A DNA stretch of 64,000 nucleotides, from positions 1-64,000 of IMG/VR virus record IMGVR_UViG_3300023179_007063. The stretch is one strand, 5' to 3'. Shown one piece after another: positions 1 to 8,598 of this stretch (positions are counted from its first letter, which is position 1; each line of letters starts with the position of its first letter). The position numbers were made by a program, and so were the translations under genes. This DNA is from a virus. The notes beneath the pieces were generated by a model. The model was not told the origin of the DNA and did not search any database. It worked only from the letters and a program-made list of their open reading frames with translations.

Positions 1-372
1 AATGCTCAGTACGTCGAGACGTTGAGAGCTAGGACCGTCTACGAGAACGAAGTCGATGCTGTGAAGAGACAAGATCTGACGAACGTCCTCATCACTCTCA
101 TACCTTTTCACAGTATGTTGCTTGTTGGATTGCTTAGAAACGCAGACCTGACACGTCGACCAACGAGGATCGTCCTCTAGGGACACGATCTGTAACACCT
201 CCGGCATGGAGTGAAAGAGGGGTGTAGAAGAGATTCCCATACCGTGTTCCAGCACACTGACCGGTGAAGTGAAACATCTCAACAACTCAGTTACTAGAGG
301 TGCGTGAGTAGCCACTCTGACAGACTTATCGTGACTTCTAGATGCATTTCCTCTACTGTTAGGTCCATTCAT
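1..372 (-). CDS. Class I SAM-dependent methyltransferase (partial, runs off window start; absent from ORF track)
   Basis: ATG at 372 overlaps the upstream stop (ATGA). Open frame to position 1: MNGPNSRG...VSVLEHGMGISSTPLF...IVSLEDDPRW...IDFVLVDGPSSQRL, with Methyltransf_24-like motifs (LExGxGxST, SLEDD, LVDG). Confidence 0.75.
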   Translation of the reverse strand, partial: MNGPNSRGNASRSHDKSVRVATHAPLVTELLRCFTSPVSVLEHGMGISSTPLFHSMPEVLQIVSLEDDPRWSTCQVCVSKQSNKQHTVKRYESDEDVRQILSLHSIDFVLVDGPSSQRLDVLSI

Positions 373-1244
373 GCCTCATACATATCACTCTCCTCGAACA
401 ACACGGCGAACTTCATGCCCCTCTCCCTACAAAATGTCTCCGCCGCCGCCCACTTGGCCTCGTCCACCTCGTCGTGTCGACCCTTCACCTCGTAGAGGAC
501 TCTGTCGTCGGGAGCGTAGAAGTCGGGAACGTAGGTGCGTTGGGAGCCGTCTGGATGGGTGTAGGGGATGGTGATGCCGTGTGCCTTCGTGACCTTGTAG
601 CCACGGGCGACTGCAGCCTCGAGGAAGGACGTCTCCCAGGAGGAATGCATGAACTCCTCTTGCCCCGTGAAGGGATTGAGGATCCACTGCGTCTTGAAGG
701 GAGCTTGGGGACCGATGAGGCCGGCTTCGAGGAGCTTGACCGCACGGTCTGCAGCTTCCTTGCGGAGGAGAGCCGCGAAGGGTGACGTTGACCAGAAGCG
801 ATGTACACCTTCCCTTCTTTTCTGACGTAAAGAAGGATCTTTTACATAGCTCATCTTTTGAGCTTCACTATTTGCTTTGCTGTATTCGGGGGTCTTCATC
901 ATCTCTCGAAGCTTGTCACCGTGCTTTTCCCAACGCTTCTTTGACCCCACAGAATAGTTCTTTAATTGCTCTGCTGTTCTTCTAATGCCATATATCGGAG
1001 ATTTATCTCCTGTCTTTCCGTGCATCGGATTGTTGGTTCCGGATGAGGCGCAAGACTTAGAACAGAATCGCGGGAATCCACCCTTCTTATATGACAGCTT
1101 AGAACCACACTGGCATGTGGGCCAAATACCTGTATATTCGTGCTTCACAAGATAGTCGGTATAGGTGAGGCTGTGCGTCTTGAGGTGATAGCTCAGAGCG
1201 TTCTGAGCAGAGCATTCATGTCCACACTCTTTACAGGCGATCAT
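369..1244 (-). CDS. Free-standing homing-endonuclease-like protein: C2H2/Cys zinc fingers + NUMOD3-like segment + TnsA/gp4-family PD-(D/E)XK nuclease
   Basis: CKEC...HLKTH, CQCG...FCSKSC, NNPMHGK, and C-terminal SSWE...YVPDF...YEVKG...K. Start moved to ATG 1244 because the longer ORF begins inside the capsid terminator and a promoter-like motif lies 5 nt upstream of 1244. Confidence 0.8.
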   Translation of the reverse strand: MIACKECGHECSAQNALSYHLKTHSLTYTDYLVKHEYTGIWPTCQCGSKLSYKKGGFPRFCSKSCASSGTNNPMHGKTGDKSPIYGIRRTAEQLKNYSVGSKKRWEKHGDKLREMMKTPEYSKANSEAQKMSYVKDPSLRQKRREGVHRFWSTSPFAALLRKEAADRAVKLLEAGLIGPQAPFKTQWILNPFTGQEEFMHSSWETSFLEAAVARGYKVTKAHGITIPYTHPDGSQRTYVPDFYAPDDRVLYEVKGRHDEVDEAKWAAAETFCRERGMKFAVLFEESDMYEA

Positions 1245-1249
1245 GTAGA

Positions 1250-1256
1250 TAAGTAT
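1250..1256 (-). promoter_or_regulatory. Late-promoter-like motif ATACTTA inside a CATGTA/TACATG inverted repeat
   Basis: Minus strand reads CATGT-ATACTTA-TCTAC-ATG. The same heptamer recurs upstream of other structural genes. Confidence 0.6.
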
Positions 1257-1293
1257 ACATGGTAACTTGTGACTTGTATACAGAATGATGCTT

Positions 1294-1326
1294 AAAACAG
1301 AAGAGGCCACCTTTCGGCGGCCTCCC
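1294..1326 (-). terminator. Rho-independent terminator after major capsid gene
   Basis: Minus strand GGAGGCCGCC-GAAA-GGTGGCCTCT followed by TCTGTTTT, about 25 nt after the capsid stop codon. Confidence 0.85.
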
Positions 1327-1351
1327 TGTTAACCTAGATGGTTAGTTGTGA

Positions 1352-3223
1352 TTATATCACGTTCATGTCGAGTACCGTCACGGTTCCGTAGAAGTCCGAA
1401 CGGACCATCTTCTTACCGTACCGAGTCATGACGCCCTTACGCGGGGTGAAGTCCTCGGGTGCGAAGATCGTGGGGGTCACGATGAGTGGCACGTAGGGTG
1501 AGTAGACGTAGCCCGTCTCGAGGTAGGAGCCGCCCTTGTAGCCGACGAGGATCTTGTTACGTGGGAAGTAGGGATCCTTGTAGACTGTGAAGCGGTTCGA
1601 CAGGGTTCCGATTGCCTCTGCACCGATGGTGAAGGGCGAAGCGACCTGTCCCTCGCCGTCGATCGAGAACTTGGGCTTGTAGAGCACCGAGGCCTCGAGG
1701 ATCGTGGCGACGTCGGGTGAGGTGACCATGAAGTTGGCGGATCCACGGAGTGTCTTCCTGTGGATGGTGTTCGCCACGTCGATGATCGTCTCGATGAGGG
1801 TCTCATACCACTCACGGACGGTGCCGGTGAACTGGGGTCCGATCTGGAGGGAGTTCGACAGAGACTGACGAGCTCCTGTGACCTTGTTCACGAAGCGGCC
1901 GGGTGAGCGGCTCCAGTAGTAGTTGGCTCCGTTGGCCTGGGAGACGAGGTCGTTGAGGATCTCGCGGTCGATCTCGAGAGCGATCTGCTCAGAGAGGATC
2001 GAGGTGAGCTCCACCTCAGCGTCCATCGAGTGATAGGCGTTGAGGTCCTGTGCCAACTCGGGGCTCCACTTCGCGCGGAGCTTCCTGGTCTCGGCTGTGA
2101 TCGAGATTGCCTCGATCTTGATGTCGATCTCAGGAATGACGGGCTGTGGGGTCGCTCCGAAGTCAGACTCGAAGGAGGGGACCGTCACTGTTGCGCCGCT
2201 GTTGGAGTCGACCGAGAGAGCCGTCGAGAGGACGGTGGTGACCTTACCTGCGCCGGCTGTGAGAACCGAGAGGCCGTTTGCACCCTTGAGAAGGAGCTGA
2301 ACCGTGTCTCCGTTGAGTGCGTCAGGAACGAAGCCTCCACCGGTGGTGAAGAAGCCGCGCTTGTTGAGGCGACGGAGGTTGAGGACGTTGGTTCCGCCCT
2401 GGTATGAGGGGCCCCATGCTGTTGCGTTGCCACCGAAACCGCTAAAGACGGCGATCTGCTCGACGGCGAGGAGGTCTGTTCCTGAAGGAAGAGCCGACGT
2501 GGGAACATAGACGAAGATCGCGTCGAGGGCGTTGCCGGCAAGGTCGTTCTCGACCTGGCTGTCGAAGTCAGCGAAGCGAGCATTGGAACCGCTGAACATC
2601 GTGTCGGATGAGATAACGAGGCCGTTGGTCCATGTGGTGCCGTTTGCGCCGCCGTATGAGCCGGAGTAGACCGATCCTGCGGCGAAGTTCAACGATGTGG
2701 TTGAACCTGTGACGCGGGAGTAGCCGGAGCCCACGAGGTCATACATACCACCAGTTGCGAGAGATCCGCTCTGGACGCCCTTGCCGGTGGGGTTGTTATA
2801 GATGGACTGTCCCTTGGTGTAGGTGGAGTTCGAATCTCCCGCGGCCTGGCCTACGTTGCTGCCGTAGGTGTAGTCGAGGTAGAAGATGAGGCCCGAGGGG
2901 AGCGACATCGGCTGGATCGAGACGAGCTCGTTGGCGACGAGGCCACCGAACACGCGGCGAACGATTGGGAAGGCGATGTTGCTGAATCCCTGGATCTGTC
3001 CGGAGCCGGCGAGGTTACCACCACCGGAGGAGAGAGCGTTGGACTCCTTGAGGACCTGAGCTGCCTGGTTCTCCAGGAGCTGTGACATCATCTCACGCTT
3101 CTGGCCATCGAGGCCACGAAGTAGGCCAGTGCGGCTCCACTTCTCCGTGAGGCGGGCGCGCTCAGCACCGACGTGCTTCTCGCGAATGCCCTGTGCGAGT
3201 TGTTCAAGACTAAAATGCTTCAT
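1352..3223 (-). CDS. Major capsid protein (T4 gp23-like)
   Basis: AFPIVRRVFGGLVANELVSIQPMSLPSGLIFYLDY; TRKLRAKWSPELAQDLNAYHSMDAEVELTSILSEQIALEIDREIL; YSPYVPL...FTPRKGVMTRYG. Strongly C/G-ending codons. Confidence 0.97.
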   Translation of the reverse strand: MKHFSLEQLAQGIREKHVGAERARLTEKWSRTGLLRGLDGQKREMMSQLLENQAAQVLKESNALSSGGGNLAGSGQIQGFSNIAFPIVRRVFGGLVANELVSIQPMSLPSGLIFYLDYTYGSNVGQAAGDSNSTYTKGQSIYNNPTGKGVQSGSLATGGMYDLVGSGYSRVTGSTTSLNFAAGSVYSGSYGGANGTTWTNGLVISSDTMFSGSNARFADFDSQVENDLAGNALDAIFVYVPTSALPSGTDLLAVEQIAVFSGFGGNATAWGPSYQGGTNVLNLRRLNKRGFFTTGGGFVPDALNGDTVQLLLKGANGLSVLTAGAGKVTTVLSTALSVDSNSGATVTVPSFESDFGATPQPVIPEIDIKIEAISITAETRKLRAKWSPELAQDLNAYHSMDAEVELTSILSEQIALEIDREILNDLVSQANGANYYWSRSPGRFVNKVTGARQSLSNSLQIGPQFTGTVREWYETLIETIIDVANTIHRKTLRGSANFMVTSPDVATILEASVLYKPKFSIDGEGQVASPFTIGAEAIGTLSNRFTVYKDPYFPRNKILVGYKGGSYLETGYVYSPYVPLIVTPTIFAPEDFTPRKGVMTRYGKKMVRSDFYGTVTVLDMNVI

Positions 3224-3261
3224 TTTGTTCTCCGTATCAAAGTTGGGTTAGTTGTGTTGTT

Positions 3262-5349
3262 TCACTTGACGATGCCAGCCAGACGTGCCCAACGATCGGC
3301 TTCGAAGCCCTCGTTGATGTTGTTGGTGGCAGAACGCGTGGGACGAGATGCCGATCCGATCACGCTTGGTGATGCAGACTCCGTGAGATTACGGGGTGCT
3401 GCGGCCGAGAGAGACCTCGTGACGCTCTCGTAAACTAGCTTCACCTCACGCTCAGTGCGTGCCTCATCGAGTCTCTCGATTACCTCTGCCTTTTGGCGCT
3501 TGGTGAGGGACTCATTCTGAAGCAGCTTGTTCGTGAAGAGCAGCTTCGCGTTGAACAGATTCGTCTCTGCCAACTTAGCGCGGAGATTCGAGGTCTCGAC
3601 CGCTGACCTTTTGGCTGCGCCATTGAGGACGCTGCCCTTGCGTGAGCTCGCCTCGGCGAGCATGCCACGTAGCTTGCTAGAACGAGCCACTGACTCGTTG
3701 AACTTGGTTGCGAAGAAGTTGTAGGCCTCCTGCATCTTCTTAGCCTGCTTCTTAGCCTGCTGCTTCTCCTGCATCTTCTTGGCCTGCTGTGCCTTCTTCT
3801 GCTGCTTCTCCTGCATCTTCTTGGCCTGCTGTGCCTTCTTCTTCGCCTCAGTCTGGAGACGATACTCAGCAGCTAGACGGCGACGGAGGCCTTCGACAGT
3901 TGCACCAGGCTGACGCCCCTGCTTGTTAGTGGCAGCGCCTGGTCCTGTTCCCTGAGAGGCAACGTTGCCGCCCATCTGACGGACATCTTCTGCCTCATCC
4001 ATGTCAGCTTCGTCCATGTCAGCTTCGTCCATGTCAGCTTCGTCCATGTCAGCTTCGTCCATGTCAGCTTCATGAGCCTTGGCCTTGGTGTCGTCGTCCT
4101 CGTCCATGCCATATTGGTGCATCGACATCTCATCGACTTCGTCCATGTCATCTTCGTCGAGGTCGTCTGACTCATCTTGCTTCTTGTCAGACTTCTTATC
4201 GGCATCAGCCTCTGTAGTGAGCTCGATGTCGACGAAGGGATCTCCCATATCATCGTCAGCAAACTCATCAGAGACCTCACCTGGTCCGTTACCCCAGGAC
4301 TGTGCCTTGGTCTCATCAGCTTCGCGGAGGGCCTTCATGCGGGCGATCTCGCGACGAAGCATACCTTCATCAATTTCTACGATCGTATCGTTGCTTAGTC
4401 TACGTGATTCCATCTTTTTTTCCTCCGAGTCACCTGACTCATCTGAACTTTCTTCACCCTCATCACTGAGATCGCTGAGATCAAGATCTTCATCTTCATC
4501 TCCACTCTCCTCTTCTCCGCCTTCTTCATCACCAAGGTCGAGATCTTCATCTCCGCCTTCATCACCCTCTTCCTCACCACCTGTGATGAGGTCGACACCA
4601 ATTGAGTCGAGATCGAGGTCATCGGGCATGCCCGTTAGTTTGAGTGTGACGTCACCTTCTAGTAGAGATTTGGATCTGTTGCGCTTCATATTCTGCTCCG
4701 TGAGCTTGTTGAGGGTTGAATAACATCTATTAAGAACATTTTCGTACTTCTTCTTGCCAGGAACATCGCTCATCGACTCCTGAAGCTGTTTATATAGTGA
4801 CTTCGTCTCGTCTACCATCGTCTTGACAGTAGAACCATACGAAGAAGACTCCTTGATGATCTTACTTGCAGCTGCGAGTCTATTGACATCGTCAACTAGC
4901 TTTCTCAAGCTGGACTCGAAACGAAGCTGTGTCGACTTGCTCGAATTAATGAGAGAACCTAGCGCCATTGCTGCTTCTTGGTTTAACTCGTACTCTCCCG
5001 TAGGGGTCTTGAGAGCGTCGAGGTCAAGAGTCAGCTTTCCTTCTTCATCAGGCATCGAGATAGCTTCAGCTGAGGCTGCCGATGATCCCATCTCAGGAGA
5101 GACTGAAAGCGGCATTTCCTCAAAGTCTTCACTTGGAACTTCTGATACCATGGGTTCGTCGTCCAGCAGAAGCTTGTCCTCGTCTCGGACTTCATCTTCC
5201 ATTGCATTTTCACCAAGAAGTTGATTCTCGATGAGGTCTCTGATCCTGGGTGTCACGGCCTCCAAGAGTGCACGCTTAGCGTTATCTTCGGCGACTTCCT
5301 TGAGTTTTTTGACGTCGGCCAACGCCTCTTCGTACAATTGCTTGGTCAT
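3262..5349 (-). CDS. Prohead core/scaffold protein (gp22-like), highly acidic with coiled coils
   Basis: Directly upstream of capsid. N-term LYEEALADVKKLKEVAEDNAKRALLEAVTPRIRDLI; C-term LAETNLFNAKLLFTNKLL...EVKLVYES...RWARLAGI; D/E-rich middle. Confidence 0.85.
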   Translation of the reverse strand: MTKQLYEEALADVKKLKEVAEDNAKRALLEAVTPRIRDLIENQLLGENAMEDEVRDEDKLLLDDEPMVSEVPSEDFEEMPLSVSPEMGSSAASAEAISMPDEEGKLTLDLDALKTPTGEYELNQEAAMALGSLINSSKSTQLRFESSLRKLVDDVNRLAAASKIIKESSSYGSTVKTMVDETKSLYKQLQESMSDVPGKKKYENVLNRCYSTLNKLTEQNMKRNRSKSLLEGDVTLKLTGMPDDLDLDSIGVDLITGGEEEGDEGGDEDLDLGDEEGGEEESGDEDEDLDLSDLSDEGEESSDESGDSEEKKMESRRLSNDTIVEIDEGMLRREIARMKALREADETKAQSWGNGPGEVSDEFADDDMGDPFVDIELTTEADADKKSDKKQDESDDLDEDDMDEVDEMSMHQYGMDEDDDTKAKAHEADMDEADMDEADMDEADMDEADMDEAEDVRQMGGNVASQGTGPGAATNKQGRQPGATVEGLRRRLAAEYRLQTEAKKKAQQAKKMQEKQQKKAQQAKKMQEKQQAKKQAKKMQEAYNFFATKFNESVARSSKLRGMLAEASSRKGSVLNGAAKRSAVETSNLRAKLAETNLFNAKLLFTNKLLQNESLTKRQKAEVIERLDEARTEREVKLVYESVTRSLSAAAPRNLTESASPSVIGSASRPTRSATNNINEGFEADRWARLAGIVK
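3757..3840. repeat. 42-bp perfect tandem duplication (KKAQQAKKMQEKQQ x2) in scaffold gene
   Basis: CTGCTGCTTCTCCTGCATCTTCTTGGCCTGCTGTGCCTTCTT at 3757-3798 and 3799-3840. Confidence 0.9.
3998..4072. repeat. 15-bp tandem repeat x5 encoding (EADMD)5 in scaffold gene
   Basis: TCCATGTCAGCTTCG repeated five times (last copy ends in A). Confidence 0.95.
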
Positions 5350-5376
5350 ATGTCTTTCTTCCTAATCTATGCGACT

Positions 5377-5383
5377 TAAGTAT
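5377..5383 (-). promoter_or_regulatory. Late-promoter-like motif ATACTTA upstream of scaffold/capsid genes
   Basis: Plus strand TAAGTAT in the 49-nt intergenic gap. Confidence 0.6.
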
Positions 5384-5398
5384 TCTAGTTTTGTCTAA

Positions 5399-5890
5399 TT
5401 AAACAGACGACTTGCCCTTTTTGAGATCCTTCCCTATCGGGAAAGATCCAATTGTTGTAGCAGTCGAAGAAGGCGATGTTGTTCCTGCATCAGATACGAA
5501 GTTAGGCTTTACATCTGTCGTAGATATCTTTGGATCAGCGTCCTTGTCAGTACCAGACGTCTTTCCAGCACCAGGGGACGAAAGATCGGGAACGTATGGA
5601 TTGGCAGGATCACCGCTCTGAGACCACTTTACTGTCGTGACATCAGGAGCTCCGCTGAAGTCTTTTGTAACACCGTCTGGGAAGGTGTTGACGTCGATTT
5701 GAGAAAAAGCTACAATCGAGTCTTTGACGAGTTGATCTGCGACGGCAGTGACAGTGTTGCCTGTATAGATGCCACCAGACGCCGACTTATCATTGAACAG
5801 CTTCTTTCTCGTGATGTAACGATCAACAGTTCCGCTGTTCTTATCGATCGGTATGTATGTCGTATATCTTCCTGTTCCGGGTCCGGCCAT
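5399..5890 (-). CDS. Hypothetical head-module protein (G/P/S/T-rich)
   Basis: ORF in head cluster; AGGAG RBS before ATG 5890 (MAGPGTGRY). Confidence 0.7.
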   Translation of the reverse strand: MAGPGTGRYTTYIPIDKNSGTVDRYITRKKLFNDKSASGGIYTGNTVTAVADQLVKDSIVAFSQIDVNTFPDGVTKDFSGAPDVTTVKWSQSGDPANPYVPDLSSPGAGKTSGTDKDADPKISTTDVKPNFVSDAGTTSPSSTATTIGSFPIGKDLKKGKSSV

Positions 5891-5914
5891 GGTAGTATCT
5901 CCTGGTGACAAAAA

Positions 5915-6160
5915 TTAGATTCGGTTTGCGAGGCGGCGCTTCGTTTCAGCGATCTTGACGAGACGCCGACGGAGACGCGTCTCTTCTATCTTAAGCGCCT
6001 TCATGAAGTCGATATGCTTCTCTTTGGCCTTGTCTGTGCCAAGCTCATCAGCATCAAGCTCCTCAGCATCGCTTGCTCTGTCTTCAGTCGTCTCCATGTC
6101 TCCGAACTTGGCGACTTCCTCTTCAATGATTCTACGTAGTAGTCTGCTTGTAAGCTTCAT
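5915..6160 (-). CDS. Small probable internal head protein
   Basis: MKLTSRLLRRIIEEE N-terminus; GAGG RBS; ATACTTA motif upstream. Confidence 0.7.
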   Translation of the reverse strand: MKLTSRLLRRIIEEEVAKFGDMETTEDRASDAEELDADELGTDKAKEKHIDFMKALKIEETRLRRRLVKIAETKRRLANRI

Positions 6161-6186
6161 GTGTATTTCCTCGTGGTGCTAATGAC

Positions 6187-6193
6187 TAAGTAT
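6187..6193 (-). promoter_or_regulatory. Late-promoter-like motif ATACTTA
   Basis: Plus strand TAAGTAT in the intergenic gap upstream of 6160. Confidence 0.6.
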
Positions 6194-6209
6194 GATGTTA
6201 GAAACAAAA

Positions 6210-6635
6210 TTACTGCTTTGAAGATCCCATGAACGCTAGTTCAGCCCATTTAGCTGCAGCTTCCTCTCCAAATAGCTGCTCAGGATTGGTCTGAGAGACT
6301 ACACGTTCAGCTATGCCTCCACCTACGACGGGTCCTGGTCTATCGTTGTTGAGCATGTTGGGAAGAGTCTTGGCAGCAGTGTCAGCGAAGATAGACTCCA
6401 TGATCTTATTCCCACCAGCTGCATCTTTTATAGCTTCACGAAGGGCGGGAGTAGTCTTTCTTGGAGTTGATGATTCTACGAACATCTGGGATGATGTGGG
6501 CTGTCTCATCACAGTCTTCTGATCGGCAGGGCCCGACATTTTTTGTGTATTGACTGCGCCGCCCATACCTTCGTTGAGTATCTCGATGAGACACTCTTTC
6601 ACGATAGACTTAAGTTCCGACTTTGTCATCTTCAT
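6210..6635 (-). CDS. Probable internal head protein
   Basis: MKMTKSELKSIVKECLIEILNEG N-terminus; start overlaps the deformylase stop (ATGA). Confidence 0.7.
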   Translation of the reverse strand: MKMTKSELKSIVKECLIEILNEGMGGAVNTQKMSGPADQKTVMRQPTSSQMFVESSTPRKTTPALREAIKDAAGGNKIMESIFADTAAKTLPNMLNNDRPGPVVGGGIAERVVSQTNPEQLFGEEAAAKWAELAFMGSSKQ

Positions 6636-7123
6636 GTGGTTGCTTCACTCTCTCGAGACGCTGCCTTCACCGGCCTCACAGCAACATCAGTCATAACGAC
6701 TCCGTTGAGGTGATCTATCTCGTGTTGAACTATTCTAGCCTCAAAACTTGTGAAATTCTTCGTGTATGTCTTGCCTGTGACGTCTTGATACTCAACTTCG
6801 ACCGAGACGTGTCGCTTCACCTTGCAGGTCTTGCCAGGAATAGATAGACAGCCCTCGGAGGCGATCTCTGTCTCTCTAGAGCGCCATGTTATTCTTGGAT
6901 TAATGAGCGCATAGCGTGTTGTCAAGTCAGAACCAGCAGACGGGTCCATCACAAGCACGCTCATAGAAACTCCTATCTGAGGTGCAGCCAGTCCAACTCC
7001 TGCAGCTGAAGCCATGCTACCAAACATATCTTCTATCAGGAGAGAGACTGAAGAGTCGAACTTCTCTACTCTTCTAGCTGCTACACGAAGAACAGAATTC
7101 GGATACTCGACGATGGCTTGCAT
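6632..7123 (-). CDS. def: Peptide deformylase
   Basis: All three PDF motifs present: GVGLAAPQIG, EGCLS, QHEIDHLNG. Confidence 0.95.
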   Translation of the reverse strand: MQAIVEYPNSVLRVAARRVEKFDSSVSLLIEDMFGSMASAAGVGLAAPQIGVSMSVLVMDPSAGSDLTTRYALINPRITWRSRETEIASEGCLSIPGKTCKVKRHVSVEVEYQDVTGKTYTKNFTSFEARIVQHEIDHLNGVVMTDVAVRPVKAASRESEATT

Positions 7124-7125
7124 TA

Positions 7126-7734
7126 TCACTTCTTCGATGACAAGATGTCGTTAACTATCCTGTCGATTCTATCGCTCTTGTTAAAGATCTGACGAAGCTC
7201 GTGCGATTTTATCGTCTTTCCCTCGGGCAGCATGAAGGCACCCGGAGTTGAGGGCTCTGAAACATAGTCCCAACAGATCAGCTGGAAGTCGTCCTGAACT
7301 ACGTGATAATCTCCTTGCTTCTTGGTCGAGCCAACTCCACGTGAAGATATGCCAAGCTTCACTCCGCTTTCGACAAGAGATTGAAGTATCTTGCCGCTAG
7401 GTGTGTCGAGTAGTTCAACAGTTCCATACACGACACCCTTGTCAAGGTATGCTTCTTTGATGACGTGGGAGACATTCTTGAGGTTAACGACAGAAGAGTC
7501 GGGATGATCAAGCTCACCAAGAGCTCTGTTCTCTACAATAAACTTCTGATAGTTTCTAACTTCTCGTTCGAGAACAGAAATCGGATAGATTCTGCCGTTC
7601 TGATTCAAGGTGTCAGCCTTCTGAAGAATTCCCTTCATTACGACTTTTCCGCCGTTCTGGTCGCGTGACTCTTTGATCATTGCCGGGGTGTAGTCAAACA
7701 CCTCGTAAGAGTTGAGTAGCTTGAGATTTTCCAT
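7126..7734 (-). CDS. Prohead core protein protease (T4 gp21-like)
   Basis: GILQKADTLNQNGRIYP, ALGELDHP, NVSH, GISSRGVGS, DYVSEPSTPGA. Confidence 0.95.
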   Translation of the reverse strand: MENLKLLNSYEVFDYTPAMIKESRDQNGGKVVMKGILQKADTLNQNGRIYPISVLEREVRNYQKFIVENRALGELDHPDSSVVNLKNVSHVIKEAYLDKGVVYGTVELLDTPSGKILQSLVESGVKLGISSRGVGSTKKQGDYHVVQDDFQLICWDYVSEPSTPGAFMLPEGKTIKSHELRQIFNKSDRIDRIVNDILSSKK

Positions 7735-7736
7735 GT

Positions 7737-8594
7737 TCACTCCTCTGTCTCCAGTTCGTTCTTGAGACGAGAGTACAACATGAAGCGCGTGACAGTCTCA
7801 TCGTTCACTTCTTCTAGGCTCTCAGATAAGAGCTGTTGCTTCGTCTCTATCATCTTGTTGCGGAGATAATCGTTGTGGTTATCCTGCATCACGTAAGTAT
7901 CGATCATCTTCGATAGGTCGCTTTTGATCTCTTCCAGTTTGAGTTGAATAGTTCTTGGATCATCAGAAGCTGCAGATAAGGCATACGCCTTCACAAGTGA
8001 CTTCTGCTGTTCGTTTAGAACACCTGAATATTTCTCGTTCAGTTTCTTAGTCATGACTTTCATCAGTAAACGAGAAGTACCGCCCGTGTCTTCTGTTATA
8101 GTAGAATCGGGTGTCTCAGCTTTCTCAGTAACGAGCCACTTGACAAGATGATCTTCAAACTTTGCAAGAGTTTCAATGTCTTTCTCTTGTGACCGCCATT
8201 CGTTGAGAAGCGTCTGTATCGTAGCAAACGTCCTGTATTCAGAGATCTGCTGATCATAGAACTGATCGTCGTTTAGTGTGTGATTAATTGCTTTTATTAG
8301 AAGAGACTTCTGACGATCAAGCGCTGAAAAGTCGATGGCAGCTGCAGCTGTCTTAGCCTCACGAAGAATCGAACCTGCAACATGTTCACTTGACACCGTC
8401 GTCTTGAACAGTGCGTTCATGATTCGAAACTCTCTATACAGTTCAGTTCCAGGCTTAAAGTGTCGACGAAGAATCTTAAGCGCTGCTGATGACTTCTTCT
8501 TGTCGTTTTCTATCAGAGCTCTCGATATTGTTCTCACCAAGAATTCATAGATGAGAATTGAGTTGCGCTTCTTATTGTGTGCCTTGCTACCCAT
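7737..8594 (-). CDS. Conserved head-cluster protein between portal and protease
   Basis: 285-aa helical ORF (HNKKRNSILIYEFLVR...NEKYSGVLNEQQK); position in head operon. Confidence 0.7.
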   Translation of the reverse strand: MGSKAHNKKRNSILIYEFLVRTISRALIENDKKKSSAALKILRRHFKPGTELYREFRIMNALFKTTVSSEHVAGSILREAKTAAAAIDFSALDRQKSLLIKAINHTLNDDQFYDQQISEYRTFATIQTLLNEWRSQEKDIETLAKFEDHLVKWLVTEKAETPDSTITEDTGGTSRLLMKVMTKKLNEKYSGVLNEQQKSLVKAYALSAASDDPRTIQLKLEEIKSDLSKMIDTYVMQDNHNDYLRNKMIETKQQLLSESLEEVNDETVTRFMLYSRLKNELETEE

Positions 8595-8598
8595 TTTT

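Noticed and set aside
266-281. GAAGTGAAACATCTCA resembles a conserved stretch of 23S rRNA
   Set aside because: Only 16 nt with no flanking rRNA similarity; it is the antisense of an intact methyltransferase frame (1-372, minus).
3998-4072. Short direct repeats as a possible CRISPR array
   Set aside because: 15-bp units are contiguous with no spacers and are in frame within the scaffold gene.
4079-4723. 214-aa Ser-rich plus-strand ORF, and the many other antisense ORFs in the track
   Set aside because: Shadow frames of biased minus-strand genes (Asp/Glu codons read antisense as Ser); no RBS or motifs.
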